A model generated the notes under the pieces. It worked only from the letters and a program-made list of their open reading frames with translations. It did not search any database and had not been told where the DNA came from. The translations under genes were made by a program, and so were the position numbers. From contig OZ241986.1 of the NCBI GenBank assembly GCA_965204375.1, forward strand, positions 5,376,001-5,440,000: DNA of 64,000 nucleotides. The letters are read 5' to 3'. This document shows, piece after piece, positions 41,797 to 51,962 of this stretch. Source of the DNA: Candidatus Latescibacterota bacterium. Its GTDB lineage: Bacteria > Latescibacterota > UBA2968. The first letter of the stretch is position 1, and every line of letters begins with the position of its first letter.

Positions 41797-42669
41797 ATGA
41801 TGTCAGCCGGGCGCAGGTTCAGGGCGGCACTGGACGCAGAACGCCCCTTGCAGATTGTGGGTACTATCAATGCCGTATCTGCGCTTATGGCAAGACAGGT
41901 GGGATTTCGCGCGCTTTATCTTTCTGGTTCGGGCGTGGCTGCTGCCTCTTATGGGTTGCCCGATTTGGGCATTACAACGCTGGATAATGTGGTCGAGGAT
42001 GCCCGGCGGATTACAGATGTGGTGGATTTGCCACTGCTGGTTGATATCGATACCGGGTTTGGCGGTACTTCTTTTTCCATTGGACGCGCTGTAAAGACGC
42101 TGGAAAAAATTGGCGTTGCCGCTGTTCACATTGAAGACCAGGTATTGCAAAAACGGTGTGGACATCGCCCGGGAAAACAGGTGGTGCCTGCCGGGGAGAT
42201 GTGCGACCGAATCAAAGCAGCGGTTGATGCGCGGTCAGACAGTGGGTTTGTGATTATGGCGCGAACGGATTCCGTGGCCAATGAGGGTTTGGAATGCGGT
42301 CTCAATCGCGCCCGGGAATACATTGCCGCAGGTGCGGATGCGATTTTTGCAGAAGCTCTGTGTTCGTTGGAGGATTTTCGCACCTTTGCCCAAAGGCTTT
42401 CTGTACCTGTACTGGCGAACCTCACCGAGTTTGGACAAACGCCTCTGTTTGGCTTGGACGAGATGAGAGGTACGGGTGTCGCCATGGTGTTGTATCCTCT
42501 CACGGCGTTTAGAATGATGAATGCGGCTGCTCAGCGGGCGTATAAAATACTGCGGATGCAGGGCACGCAGGGTGCGTTGATAGACGAGATGCAGACGCGG
42601 GAAGATCTCTACGAATTGCTGGATTATTACGGGTACGAGGCGCAGGTTAATCGACTTTATGGTGCGTGA
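41797..42669 (+). CDS. prpB: 2-methylisocitrate lyase
   Basis: DIDTGFG, KRCGHRPGK, NLTEFG. Confidence 0.95.
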   Translation: MMSAGRRFRAALDAERPLQIVGTINAVSALMARQVGFRALYLSGSGVAAASYGLPDLGITTLDNVVEDARRITDVVDLPLLVDIDTGFGGTSFSIGRAVKTLEKIGVAAVHIEDQVLQKRCGHRPGKQVVPAGEMCDRIKAAVDARSDSGFVIMARTDSVANEGLECGLNRAREYIAAGADAIFAEALCSLEDFRTFAQRLSVPVLANLTEFGQTPLFGLDEMRGTGVAMVLYPLTAFRMMNAAAQRAYKILRMQGTQGALIDEMQTREDLYELLDYYGYEAQVNRLYGA

Positions 42670-42692
42670 ATTGCCTGAGGAGATTTTACGGG

Positions 42693-42730
42693 AAAAGGTC
42701 GTGAGTGAAAATGCTCACGGCCTTTTTTTG
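42693..42730 (+). terminator. Terminator-like hairpin between prpB and prpC
   Basis: aaaaggtcgtgag-loop-ctcacggccttttttt. Confidence 0.55.
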
Positions 42731-42743
42731 AGAGGAGGATACT

Positions 42744-43847
42744 GTGAGCAAACAGACGACAGGTTTGAGAGGAGTTAAGGCCGGGAGTACGTCGATTTGT
42801 ACTGTGGGGGCAGAAGGTCACGGTTTGCACTATCGGGGCTATGCTATTGAAGGTCTGGCACAATATGCCTGTTTTGAAGAGGTCGCGTATTTGTTGTTGT
42901 GGGGTGCGCTGCCCACTGAAAGGGAACTGGATGCGTTGAAGGCGCGGTTGCGGGCGCACCGGCAGTTGCCAGATCTGGTCGTGCAGGTTCTGTGTTCGCT
43001 GCCTTCAGACGCGCATCCGATGGATGTTTTGCGAACCGGTGTATCGGCGCTTGGTATTGCCGAGCCAGAGCGGGATTTGGAGGATGGTGAGGCTGTGGCT
43101 GTGCGGCTTTTGGGTGCATTGCCCTCTATGCTGGGGGTCTGGCATATAGGTGCCGATGTTCTGGATGTGGATGTGGATGATCACGCGACTTATATTTTGT
43201 ACATGCTCAAAGCGGAGATGCCTTCGGAGTTGGAATGTCAGATGATGGATGCGTCGTTGATTTTATATGCCGAGCACGAGTTTAATGCCTCGACATTTAC
43301 GGCGAGAGTATGCGCCTCCACGCTTGCCGATTTTTATGGATGCATCACCGGGGCAATCGGTACTTTGAGCGGGCCTTTGCACGGGGGCGCGAACGAGCGG
43401 GCAATGGAATTGATCGAACAGTTCGAGACCCCCGAAGACGCGGCAACAGGTGTGCGAGAGATGCTGGCGCGCAGAGAATTGATTATGGGGTTTGGGCACG
43501 GGGTTTATCGCGTGCGAGATCCGCGCAATGCGATTATTAAAGATTGGGCACGTCAGGTGAGTGAAGCGATGAGCGATATGAGTCTATACGAGATTTCCGA
43601 AGCGATTGAGCGGGTTATGTGGGATGAGAAGAAGTTGTTTCCAAATCTGGATTTTTATTCGGCAACAGCGTATCACATGGCCGGTATTGAGACGGCGCTT
43701 TTCACGCCCATATTTGTGCTCAGTCGCTGCAGTGGTTGGGCTGCTCATGTGGTGGAGCAGCGGGCGGATAATAGACTGATTCGGCCTCTGGCGGAATACA
43801 CGGGGGTAGAGACGCGAGATTATGTGTCGATAGAAGACAGGGGCTAA
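42744..43847 (+). CDS. prpC: 2-methylcitrate synthase
   Basis: YAEHEFNASTF, GPLHGGANE, MGFGH, FPNLDFY; prp gene context. Confidence 0.92.
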   Translation: MSKQTTGLRGVKAGSTSICTVGAEGHGLHYRGYAIEGLAQYACFEEVAYLLLWGALPTERELDALKARLRAHRQLPDLVVQVLCSLPSDAHPMDVLRTGVSALGIAEPERDLEDGEAVAVRLLGALPSMLGVWHIGADVLDVDVDDHATYILYMLKAEMPSELECQMMDASLILYAEHEFNASTFTARVCASTLADFYGCITGAIGTLSGPLHGGANERAMELIEQFETPEDAATGVREMLARRELIMGFGHGVYRVRDPRNAIIKDWARQVSEAMSDMSLYEISEAIERVMWDEKKLFPNLDFYSATAYHMAGIETALFTPIFVLSRCSGWAAHVVEQRADNRLIRPLAEYTGVETRDYVSIEDRG

Positions 43848-43876
43848 GAAGTGTGAAGTAGGAAGTGTGAATAATC

Positions 43877-43902
43877 GTAGGGGCGAGGCATGCCTCGCCC
43901 GT
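43877..43902 (+). repeat. GTAG-type REP-like palindrome
   Basis: gtaggggcgaggcatgcctcgcccgt, identical to 48769-48794. Confidence 0.85.
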
Positions 43903-43976
43903 CATCGCGGCATGATGTTAGCCGCGATCCAGGATTTTTTAGCTGATTACTGATTGCTGATAGCTTGAGGACTGCT

Positions 43977-45404
43977 ATGAATAATCGGACACCGGATAGA
44001 GAACTGGTGGCTATCGCACAGTATGTGTTGGATTATGAAGTGAATTCCGAGGAGGCTTTTCAGACGGCTCGTTTGTGTCTGATGGATAGTTTGGGGTGTG
44101 CGGTGTTGGCATTGCGGTTTTCTGAGTGTGCGAAGATGCTCGGTCCCGTGGTGCCGGGAACAATTGTGCCGCACGGTGCGCGGGTGCCGGGTACTGATTA
44201 CGAACTCGATCCGGTGACTGCCGCGTTTAATATTGGGACACTGGTGCGGTGGTTGGATTTTAACGATACGTGGTTGGCGGCGGAATGGGGACATCCGTCG
44301 GACAATCTGGGTGCAATTCTCGGGGTGGCGGACTGGATGTCGCGCACGCAGCGGGCACAGGGGAGAGAAGTACTGGTCATGCGGGATGTGTTTGTGGCGA
44401 TGATCAAAGCGCACGAGATTCAGGGCGTGATGGCATTGGAAAACAGTTTTAATGCCCGGGGGCTGGATCATGTGATTTTGGTGAAGTTGGCGAGTGCGGC
44501 GGTTTCTGCTGGGCTGTTGGGCTGTGATGAGGCGCAGGTGGTTAATGCATTGTCGCAGGTGTGGTGCGATTTGGGTCCTTTGCGAACCTATCGGCATGCG
44601 CCCAATACGGGTTCGCGCAAGAGTTGGGCGGCGGGAGATGCGACAGCGCGTGGCGTATTTTTGGCATTGCAAACAAAGCGCGGTGAGATGGGATATCCAA
44701 CGGCTCTGTCTGCACCCGTGTGGGGTTTTTACGACCGCTTGTGGAATGGCGATCGGTTTCAGTTTCAACGCTTATACGGTTCTTATGTGATGGAAAATGT
44801 GTTGTTCAAGGTGTCTTTTCCCGCTGAATTTCACGCACAGACAGCGGTAGAAGCTGCGTTTGCGTTGCACGATGAAGTGGCTCCGCGGCTGGAGGCAGTG
44901 GAGCGGGTGGTGATTGAGACACACGAAGCCGCTATTAAAATTATCGATAAGACCGGTCCGCTGTACAATCCTGCAGACCGGGATCACTGTTTGCAATATA
45001 TGGTGGCTATTGGGCTGATTTTTGGCGATTTGACCGCAGATGATTACGAGGACGAGCGCGCGGAGGACGAGCGCATTGATATGTTGAGAGAAAAGATGGT
45101 GGTGACGGAAAACGCGCGGTTTACACGGGATTACCACGATCCGCACAAGCGGTCAATTGCCAATACAGTGCAGGTGTTTTTCAAAGATGGATCGGCCACA
45201 GAGGCCGTGATGGTTGAATATCCCATTGGGCATCGAAGAAGGCGGGAGGAGGCCGCGCCTTTGCTTGTGGAAAAGTTTGTGGAAAATATGAGTACGCGGT
45301 TTGAGGCGCAGCAGGTGCGAGATATTTTGGCTGTGTTTGAAGGGGCAGATTTGGATACGATGCCCGTGTGGGAATTTATGGATTTGTTGCAAGTTCGTAA
45401 GTAG
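43977..45404 (+). CDS. prpD: 2-methylcitrate dehydratase
   Basis: [39 protein letters not shown]. Confidence 0.96.
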   Translation: MNNRTPDRELVAIAQYVLDYEVNSEEAFQTARLCLMDSLGCAVLALRFSECAKMLGPVVPGTIVPHGARVPGTDYELDPVTAAFNIGTLVRWLDFNDTWLAAEWGHPSDNLGAILGVADWMSRTQRAQGREVLVMRDVFVAMIKAHEIQGVMALENSFNARGLDHVILVKLASAAVSAGLLGCDEAQVVNALSQVWCDLGPLRTYRHAPNTGSRKSWAAGDATARGVFLALQTKRGEMGYPTALSAPVWGFYDRLWNGDRFQFQRLYGSYVMENVLFKVSFPAEFHAQTAVEAAFALHDEVAPRLEAVERVVIETHEAAIKIIDKTGPLYNPADRDHCLQYMVAIGLIFGDLTADDYEDERAEDERIDMLREKMVVTENARFTRDYHDPHKRSIANTVQVFFKDGSATEAVMVEYPIGHRRRREEAAPLLVEKFVENMSTRFEAQQVRDILAVFEGADLDTMPVWEFMDLLQVRK

Positions 45405-45489
45405 CGTATTTCCTATTGCACAACTGCGGGCTTCTGACTACATTTGGATTGGGATAATAGGATATTGTTAAATAAAGGAGCATGGCAGG

Positions 45490-46239
45490 ATGGCTGGACA
45501 TTCTAAATGGGCAAATATCAAGCATCGCAAGAGCCGTCAGGACGCGGCTCGAGGCAAGGCGTTTACCAAATTGATCCGAGAGATTACTGTGGCGGCCCGC
45601 GAGGGTGGTGGCGATGAGGCGAATAACTCCCGTCTGCGTGCGGCTGTTCTGAGTGCGAAGGCAGAAAATATGCCTATGGTCAATATTGAGCGCGCGATTA
45701 AAAAGGGTACGGGGGAGCTTGAAGGCGAGTCTTATGAAGGTGCGATTTACGAGGGATACGGACCGGGTGGTGTGGCCATGTTTATTGAAACTCTGACGGA
45801 TAATCGCAATCGCACGGTGTCTGAAGTGCGGCATTTGTTTAGCAAATACAATGGCAGTATGGCCGAAAGTGGTGCCGTGGCGTGGGTGTTTGAGCAAAAG
45901 GGGTTGATTTCGGTGCCCAAAGAGGACGTGGAAGAAGAAGAACTGATGCTGATCGTTTTAGATGCTGGCGCCGAGGATATTGCAGAGGAAGAGAATATCT
46001 ACGAAGTTTATGCTTCTCTGCCCGATTTTGAAAGTGTTCGCAAAGCGATTGAAGAGGCGGGTATTGAAATTGAGCGCGCTGAATTGACGCGCGTTCCGCA
46101 AAGTACTGTGCCCGTTGAAGGCAAAACCGCGCAGCAATTGTTGACCTTGATGGAAATGCTCGAAGACAATGACGATGTGCAGCGGGTATATGCCAATTTT
46201 GAGATTGATGACAAAGAATTAGCTGTCCTGACTGAGTGA
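45490..46239 (+). CDS. yebC: YebC/PmpR-family protein
   Basis: MAGHSKWANIKHRK, YEGYGPGGVA, DNRNRT. Confidence 0.97.
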   Translation: MAGHSKWANIKHRKSRQDAARGKAFTKLIREITVAAREGGGDEANNSRLRAAVLSAKAENMPMVNIERAIKKGTGELEGESYEGAIYEGYGPGGVAMFIETLTDNRNRTVSEVRHLFSKYNGSMAESGAVAWVFEQKGLISVPKEDVEEEELMLIVLDAGAEDIAEEENIYEVYASLPDFESVRKAIEEAGIEIERAELTRVPQSTVPVEGKTAQQLLTLMEMLEDNDDVQRVYANFEIDDKELAVLTE

Positions 46240-46336
46240 TTTCCCCTCCCCAGTTATGTCCCAGAACTGCTGGTAATACATCGCAGTTATACACTGTCCG
46301 CGTCTTTGTGTGAGAATTTTCTCTCCTTATCTCTCC

Positions 46337-46388
46337 ATCTGCATTTATCTGCGTTTATCTGCGTTCATCTGCGTTCATCTGCGGATAA
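46337..46388. repeat. ATCTGCGTT(T/C) 10-mer tandem x5
   Basis: atctgcatttatctgcgtttatctgcgttcatctgcgttcatctgcggataa. Confidence 0.85.
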
Positions 46389-46408
46389 CACTTCGAAAGG
46401 TGGTTTGC

Positions 46409-47032
46409 GTGATCATTCTGGGTATTGATCCGGGCAGTGTGGTAACCGGTTTTGGTCTGGTTGAGCACCAGAACCGGAAAAATCGGTTGCTGCAATGTGG
46501 CTGTATTCGGCCCGGTAATAAATTGTCTTTCCCCCAGCGCTTGCTCTATATCTACGATCACTTGCTCGCGCTGGTCGCGGATGCAGGCCCGCATGAAGTT
46601 GCGCTTGAATCTGTTTTTTACGGTGTCAATACGCAATCACTGATTAAGTTGTGTCAGGCGCGAGGGGCTATTGTGACGGCGCTGGCCAATTCCGATCTGC
46701 CCATTTTTGAATACGCGCCCCGCGAAGTGAAAAGAGCGGTTGTGGGCCGGGGTAGTGCGTCCAAAGAACAGGTGCAATTTATGATTCAGCGATTGCTGGG
46801 GAAAGAAGCAGTGGGTCAGGGATTTGATGCGACAGATGCCGTGGCGATTGCCCTGTGCCATGCGCATCAGAAGGTTGCTGCGCGTGGGCCTGGAAAACGG
46901 GACAATAAACTGGCAGAGAAGATTGAGGCATTGAAACAGGGCGGTAAAGAACAGAGTCGTTTTGATGAGAAACTCAAAGAAATCGGCGTTAGTGCAAAGT
47001 CGCGGCGGCGTTTGAATCGAAGGGGAAGATAA
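46409..47032 (+). CDS. ruvC: Holliday junction resolvase
   Basis: ILGIDPG, ALESVF, KEQVQFM, DATDAVAIALCH. Confidence 0.95.
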   Translation: MIILGIDPGSVVTGFGLVEHQNRKNRLLQCGCIRPGNKLSFPQRLLYIYDHLLALVADAGPHEVALESVFYGVNTQSLIKLCQARGAIVTALANSDLPIFEYAPREVKRAVVGRGSASKEQVQFMIQRLLGKEAVGQGFDATDAVAIALCHAHQKVAARGPGKRDNKLAEKIEALKQGGKEQSRFDEKLKEIGVSAKSRRRLNRRGR

Positions 47033-47036
47033 TATA

Positions 47037-47633
47037 ATGATTGCGTTTTTAGAAGGGCGATTGGTGGAAAAACACCCGACCCATGTTATTGTCGATGTTC
47101 AGGGTGTGGGATATCACGTCAATATTTCACTGTCGAGCTATGAATCGCTTGCGGTTGAGGATGGGCGCGTCAATATTCTCACGCATCTCCATGTGAGGGA
47201 AGACGCGATGACGCTTTATGGGTTTGCCTCAGTGTCCGAGCGCGATTTGTTTGAGCGCCTGATCGCGGTTTCGGGTATTGGGCCGCCGATGGCATTGAAA
47301 ATTTTGTCCGGTATTCCCATTGCCGATTTCAGGCGGTTGGTTGCCGCAGAAGATTCCCGGGGGTTGACGCGCATCAAAGGCATTGGTCAAAAGCTCGCGC
47401 AGCGTCTGGTGCTGGAAATGAAGGACAAGATTGGCGATATTGCGCCAGAAGATTTTACTTCCGATGCGGTGGGGGATGCAGATCCCGATGTATTAGACGA
47501 AGCTGCTGCTGCTCTATCGGGTTTGGGCGCGAATCCGGTGCAGGCGCGCAAAGTTGTTGCAACGGTCTTGCAGGAGATGGGCGACGACGCGCCGATTGAA
47601 GAGGTTATTAAGCGCGCATTGAGGAGTATTTAG
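47037..47633 (+). CDS. ruvA: Holliday junction branch migration protein
   Basis: GVGY, HVREDAMTLYGF, VSGIGP, KGIGQKLAQRL. Confidence 0.96.
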   Translation: MIAFLEGRLVEKHPTHVIVDVQGVGYHVNISLSSYESLAVEDGRVNILTHLHVREDAMTLYGFASVSERDLFERLIAVSGIGPPMALKILSGIPIADFRRLVAAEDSRGLTRIKGIGQKLAQRLVLEMKDKIGDIAPEDFTSDAVGDADPDVLDEAAAALSGLGANPVQARKVVATVLQEMGDDAPIEEVIKRALRSI

Positions 47634-47662
47634 GTAGGGACAGGTTTGAAACCTGTCCTTAC
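47634..47662 (+). repeat. GTAG-type REP-like palindrome
   Basis: gtagggacaggttt-g-aaacctgtccttac. Confidence 0.7.
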
Positions 47663-47701
47663 AAATCTGATGGCTGATAGCTTATTTTTCAAGGCTATTT
47701 T

Positions 47702-48727
47702 ATGGATGAACGATTTACCGATCCCGAGTTTCAGGATGGCGACGATTTTGAGCGCGATCAACGGATTCGCCCGATTCGATTTGACGATATGGTCGGGCAA
47801 GAGAAGGCGAAGACGAATTTGCGTATTGTTGTAGAGGCAGCGCGTCATCGCAATGAGGCTATGGATCACATTTTGTTGCACGGGCCTCCCGGCCTGGGCA
47901 AGACCACTCTGGCTTATGTGATCGCGCACGAGCTTGGGGTTGAAATTCATGTGACATCGGGACCGGTGCTGGAGCGTCCGGCTGATCTGGCGGGGATTTT
48001 GACGAATTTGAACGAGCGCGATGTGCTGTTTATCGATGAGATCCATCGCATGAATCGGGTGGTAGAAGAACATTTGTATTCGGCGATGGAGGATTTTACG
48101 CTGGATATTATGATCGATAGCGGGCCGAGTGCCAGGTCGTATCAAATTCCGCTTGAACCCTTTACTATGGTGGGCGCAACAACGCGAATGGGACTGCTCA
48201 CAGCGCCGATGCGATCGCGCTTTGGGTTGATGGAGCGGCTGGATTTTTACGCTCCGGAAGAGTTGCAGGCCATTGTTATAAGGGCGGCGCGTATTTTGGG
48301 TATTGAGATTGAAGAGGATGCCGCGCGCGTGATTGCCCACAGGTCGCGGGGAACAGCGCGCATTGCCGGACGTCAGTTGTCGAGGTCTCGCGATTATGCA
48401 CAGGTGCGCGCCGATGGGGTGATTACAGAAGAAGTTGCGGTTAAGGCGCTGGCATTGTTGGGGGTGGATGTAAAGGGATTGGATGAAATGGATCGGCGAT
48501 TGTTGGAAACGCTGATCGATAAATTCGAAGGGGGTCCCGTTGGCTTGAATAATCTGGGTGCTGCGCTGAGTGAAGAGACAGGTACGCTGGAGGAAGTGTA
48601 TGAACCCTATCTGATTCAGGAGGGGTTCCTGGTGCGCACGCCTCGGGGGCGTCAGGCAACGGCGCGGGCGTATTTGCATTTGGGGAAGACGCCGCCCGAA
48701 GATGGGTCACAAAGTAAGTTGTTTTGA
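47702..48727 (+). CDS. ruvB: Holliday junction branch migration helicase
   Basis: [29 protein letters not shown]. Confidence 0.98.
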   Translation: MDERFTDPEFQDGDDFERDQRIRPIRFDDMVGQEKAKTNLRIVVEAARHRNEAMDHILLHGPPGLGKTTLAYVIAHELGVEIHVTSGPVLERPADLAGILTNLNERDVLFIDEIHRMNRVVEEHLYSAMEDFTLDIMIDSGPSARSYQIPLEPFTMVGATTRMGLLTAPMRSRFGLMERLDFYAPEELQAIVIRAARILGIEIEEDAARVIAHRSRGTARIAGRQLSRSRDYAQVRADGVITEEVAVKALALLGVDVKGLDEMDRRLLETLIDKFEGGPVGLNNLGAALSEETGTLEEVYEPYLIQEGFLVRTPRGRQATARAYLHLGKTPPEDGSQSKLF

Positions 48728-48738
48728 GGTTTGACATT

Positions 48739-48794
48739 GTAGGGGCGAAAAATTTTTCGCCCGATGTTGTAGGGGCGAGGCATGCCTCGCCCGT
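48739..48794 (+). repeat. Two tandem GTAG REP-like palindromes
   Basis: gtaggggcgaaaaatttttcgccc and gtaggggcgaggcatgcctcgcccgt. Confidence 0.85.
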
Positions 48795-48817
48795 TTGATC
48801 GACAGAGGTATTGCAAG

Positions 48818-49522
48818 TTGACAAAATTTTTGGGTATTGAGACTTCAACACCGGTGTGCAGTGTGGCTTTGGCCTGCGATGCCCGCGTGGTTGTGGAATA
48901 CACTTTGGAATTGGGCTCACATCATTCGGAACGGTTGCAGCCGATGGTTGAGATGGTGTTGCGGGAGGCGGGTTTAAGTGTTGGCGATCTGGATGGCGTG
49001 GCTGTGGCTGCTGGTCCCGGTTCGTTTACGGGATTGCGTATCGGTATGGGCCTGGCAAAGGGGCTGTGCCGCGGTGCGAATCTTGTGTTTGTGCGCGTGT
49101 CAACCCTTGCGGGCATGGCTTTTGGGGCGGGGGTAGAGGGGATGCCGGTTTGTCCGATGCTGGACGCCCGGCGCGGCGATGTGTATGCGGGGGTATATGA
49201 TCTCGTTGCGGGAGGTCCGATTTCGAGAATGCCCGATCGCGCAGATGCGGTTTCCAATTGGGTCACGCGTCTGCCGCGTCCCGTGACTGTAGTGGGAGAT
49301 GGTGCCCAGGCTTATCGCGATGTGATTGTCGATGTGTTGGGACGAGGTGCGTATTTTGCAAATGCAACTCTGGGTCGCCCCACTGCTGGGGCTGTTGCGC
49401 TGCTGGGGCAGGCGCGTTGCGAACGGGGAGAGGTGGATGATGCGGAGACGGCAGAGCCTTTTTATTTGCGGCGAACACAAGCAGAGCGCGTGCGAGAAGC
49501 GCGGTTGAGTGGTGATGGATAA
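48818..49522 (+). CDS. tsaB: tRNA t6A biosynthesis protein
   Basis: LGIETST, HSERL, GPGSFTGLRIG, DARRGDVY, EPFYLR; likely TTG start. Confidence 0.93.
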   Translation: MTKFLGIETSTPVCSVALACDARVVVEYTLELGSHHSERLQPMVEMVLREAGLSVGDLDGVAVAAGPGSFTGLRIGMGLAKGLCRGANLVFVRVSTLAGMAFGAGVEGMPVCPMLDARRGDVYAGVYDLVAGGPISRMPDRADAVSNWVTRLPRPVTVVGDGAQAYRDVIVDVLGRGAYFANATLGRPTAGAVALLGQARCERGEVDDAETAEPFYLRRTQAERVREARLSGDG

Positions 49523-50006
49523 TTCGATGATACCCGTGTTGGTGGAGATGATCCCTGCGCATCTCGACCGGGTTATAAAAATTGAAAAGGCTGTTTTTCC
49601 CGCTCCCTGGAAACGCCGTGATTTTGAGTTTGCGCGGAATCGCGAAAATGGTTTTTGCCGGGTGGTTATGGTCGAGTGCGAGATTGCGGGCTATGTCGTG
49701 GGTTTTTTGATTGGTCGGGAATTTCATCTGGTGAATTTGGCTATTGCGCCTGATTTTCAAAGAAAGGGGCTGGGCAGAAAAACGCTGAAAGCTGTATTTG
49801 ATCTGTTGGAGAAAATGGCGCAGGTGGTGTCTTTGGAGGTGCGTATGTCCAATTGTGCTGCGATTGATCTCTATAAGAAGATGGGGTTTGAGACTATAGC
49901 GATCAGAAAAGCGTATTATACACACCCCCGCGAAGATGCACTCGTGATGTTAAAACCGCTCAATACCCGATTGTCCGATTGGGTGTCGCAGGTGTTAGAA
50001 GTTTAG
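49509..50006 (+). CDS. rimI: Ribosomal protein S18 alanine N-acetyltransferase
   Basis: NLAIAP..QRKGLG, LEVRMSN, RKAYY..EDALVM; follows tsaB. Confidence 0.88.
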   Translation: MVMDNSMIPVLVEMIPAHLDRVIKIEKAVFPAPWKRRDFEFARNRENGFCRVVMVECEIAGYVVGFLIGREFHLVNLAIAPDFQRKGLGRKTLKAVFDLLEKMAQVVSLEVRMSNCAAIDLYKKMGFETIAIRKAYYTHPREDALVMLKPLNTRLSDWVSQVLEV

Positions 50007-51958
50007 TCTCCCCAATACAGATTGTGCCCTTGTCCGGGGAACCAGATGAGATCGACGCTCATGCTCACAATGAGCGATAGGGTGTATCCCACAATCATGC
50101 CGATGAAAAAGGGTTTTGCCCTGCGATACAGCGCGATTCCTCCCAGGCGGAAGATGATAAATTTAATCAGCCAGGTCAGAAATACGGATAAGATGGCGGT
50201 GCGCGCCGAATAAAAGGTTACGACTGTAAAACCGATGGGATGGAGAGGCCACCAGGTGAATCGGTATTGGCACAGGGTCAATATGCCCATTGTCAGCGCG
50301 CCAAATACCGTAAATGCCATCCGAAGACCGTAGTGGGTCTCTTTGCCAATGTCGCGGATGGATGATACTATGCCGTCGTAGTAACGGGGCGCGGCAACCC
50401 GAAACATGTACGAGCCAAAATTAAATGCGCCGTCGGTATAGCCCAGATAAATTGTCGATGCGGCGGCGGCGATGAGCGAAAACACAAATGCAAATGCGAT
50501 GGTTAAGCCCAGTACGCGCGCTCGATTGCCCAGGCCGATGCTCAACCGCGCGGCATGGGCGGCAGCAGGCATGGTAAAGCTTTTGCCGTTTTGATACATG
50601 CTGCCCACTTGTTGCCGCATGGCAATTGTATTTGATGATAGTGAATCGGGTGGTGCGAATCCCATTATGCCCGTGCCCAGGCTGCTGGGTGATTCCAGAA
50701 ATACGAGTCCGGTCATTGCTACAATTTTGGCAAATCCGGTGTAAAAAACAAACCAGAACACTGTGACCAATATGGCCCAAAACGGTGTCATCCCTCCTTT
50801 GAATAACCAGAACATGGCAAATAGAGCACAGGCGAGAAACACGATGGTTGCAGTGCGGTAGGACATCAATTCGCTCTGGTCGTCCATATTTTTCGTCTGG
50901 AGAAATGCCTGTTGAAAGACCGCTTTGATGTGGGTTCTCGCAATCCACAATCCCCATAGACAAAAGACGATGAACCCGCCCAGTGCTTGCTGTCGCGTGC
51001 CAGCAAACTCACCCAGGCCCTCTGCCAGGCCCAGGCGATTGGTCATCCCTATTTGCAGCCAGGTGAGTATCCAGAATACCCAGATCGAAAATAAGACCTG
51101 TAAGTCGGTGAAATACGCAAACCCGATAATTAAAAAGTTGAGCCGTCCGTGCAGGAAGGGCACGTACCGTCCCAATGAGATTGTGTAATTTTGGATCCCC
51201 ACGGTGATCACGGGGAAGCTGGGGTCGAAGTAGCCGATGATGTACCAGAGGACGATAACTGCGGGAATGGAGAAGCCAGCCCAGAATAGCGGCTGTTTCA
51301 TGTATTCGGGAAATCCCTTTGGTCCCGCTGTTTCGGCGAGTTCTTCGGCGACTTGTGCAAATGGAAATGGCAATCGCTCTTGTTCGACCCATTGCCGGCG
51401 CAAAATTGTCGCCAGTGCGACTGATCCCAGACCGAGTGCGGCGATAAAGCTCAGCCACCAGAATGTAGGGCGTATCCAGATTGCCCAGGGGATCGTTGCG
51501 TTGCGAGGCAGGCCCTCGTAAAACCAGGCCAATTGATCTTTGGCATCTTCGACGACGAGATAGGGTTGCACGAGGCCAAAGACGTATTCTTCCCAGAGGT
51601 TTTCCGGCGTTGCCATGTAGTGCATTACGGCATAGGTTGCCAATACGCGCCCGAGCAGTTCATTGATGGACATGCTCACGTAGCCAACGGCGAAAATGAA
51701 GATCAATTCCCAGGGTTGTAATGCATATCCCAGAGCGCGCAGCGCGGGATTTACGATAAAGATCAGTACCAAAAATGGCATTAAAATACCCATCGGTATC
51801 ATGCCTTCGACCAGTGATATGGTGTGCATGTAGTGATGGGTATAGGGTATGATTGCGTTGATTGATACGGTGATCAATACGGCCAATGCAATTGCCCACC
51901 AGGGCGATCGCTGTGTCAGAGGTTGGGGTTCCTGTATGTCGGTTGTTTGAACTGACAC
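50003..51958 (-). CDS. Polytopic membrane protein, DUF6785/DUF6784-like (putative transporter)
   Basis: Many TM segments; RRQWVEQERLPFP, WWPLHPIGF, YRRAKPFFIG; GTG at 51958 with AAGGAG SD. Confidence 0.7.
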   Translation of the reverse strand: MSVQTTDIQEPQPLTQRSPWWAIALAVLITVSINAIIPYTHHYMHTISLVEGMIPMGILMPFLVLIFIVNPALRALGYALQPWELIFIFAVGYVSMSINELLGRVLATYAVMHYMATPENLWEEYVFGLVQPYLVVEDAKDQLAWFYEGLPRNATIPWAIWIRPTFWWLSFIAALGLGSVALATILRRQWVEQERLPFPFAQVAEELAETAGPKGFPEYMKQPLFWAGFSIPAVIVLWYIIGYFDPSFPVITVGIQNYTISLGRYVPFLHGRLNFLIIGFAYFTDLQVLFSIWVFWILTWLQIGMTNRLGLAEGLGEFAGTRQQALGGFIVFCLWGLWIARTHIKAVFQQAFLQTKNMDDQSELMSYRTATIVFLACALFAMFWLFKGGMTPFWAILVTVFWFVFYTGFAKIVAMTGLVFLESPSSLGTGIMGFAPPDSLSSNTIAMRQQVGSMYQNGKSFTMPAAAHAARLSIGLGNRARVLGLTIAFAFVFSLIAAAASTIYLGYTDGAFNFGSYMFRVAAPRYYDGIVSSIRDIGKETHYGLRMAFTVFGALTMGILTLCQYRFTWWPLHPIGFTVVTFYSARTAILSVFLTWLIKFIIFRLGGIALYRRAKPFFIGMIVGYTLSLIVSMSVDLIWFPGQGHNLYWGD

Positions 51959-51962
51959 AAAG

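Noticed and set aside
46337-46388. CAGATG-type tandem repeats as a CRISPR array
   Set aside because: The units are 10 bp, contiguous and lack unique spacers; no cas genes are present in the window.
47630-48679. Long antisense ORFs (also 6530..7492, 43947..44768, 62777..63658)
   Set aside because: Shadow frames opposite well-supported genes, with no recognisable motifs.
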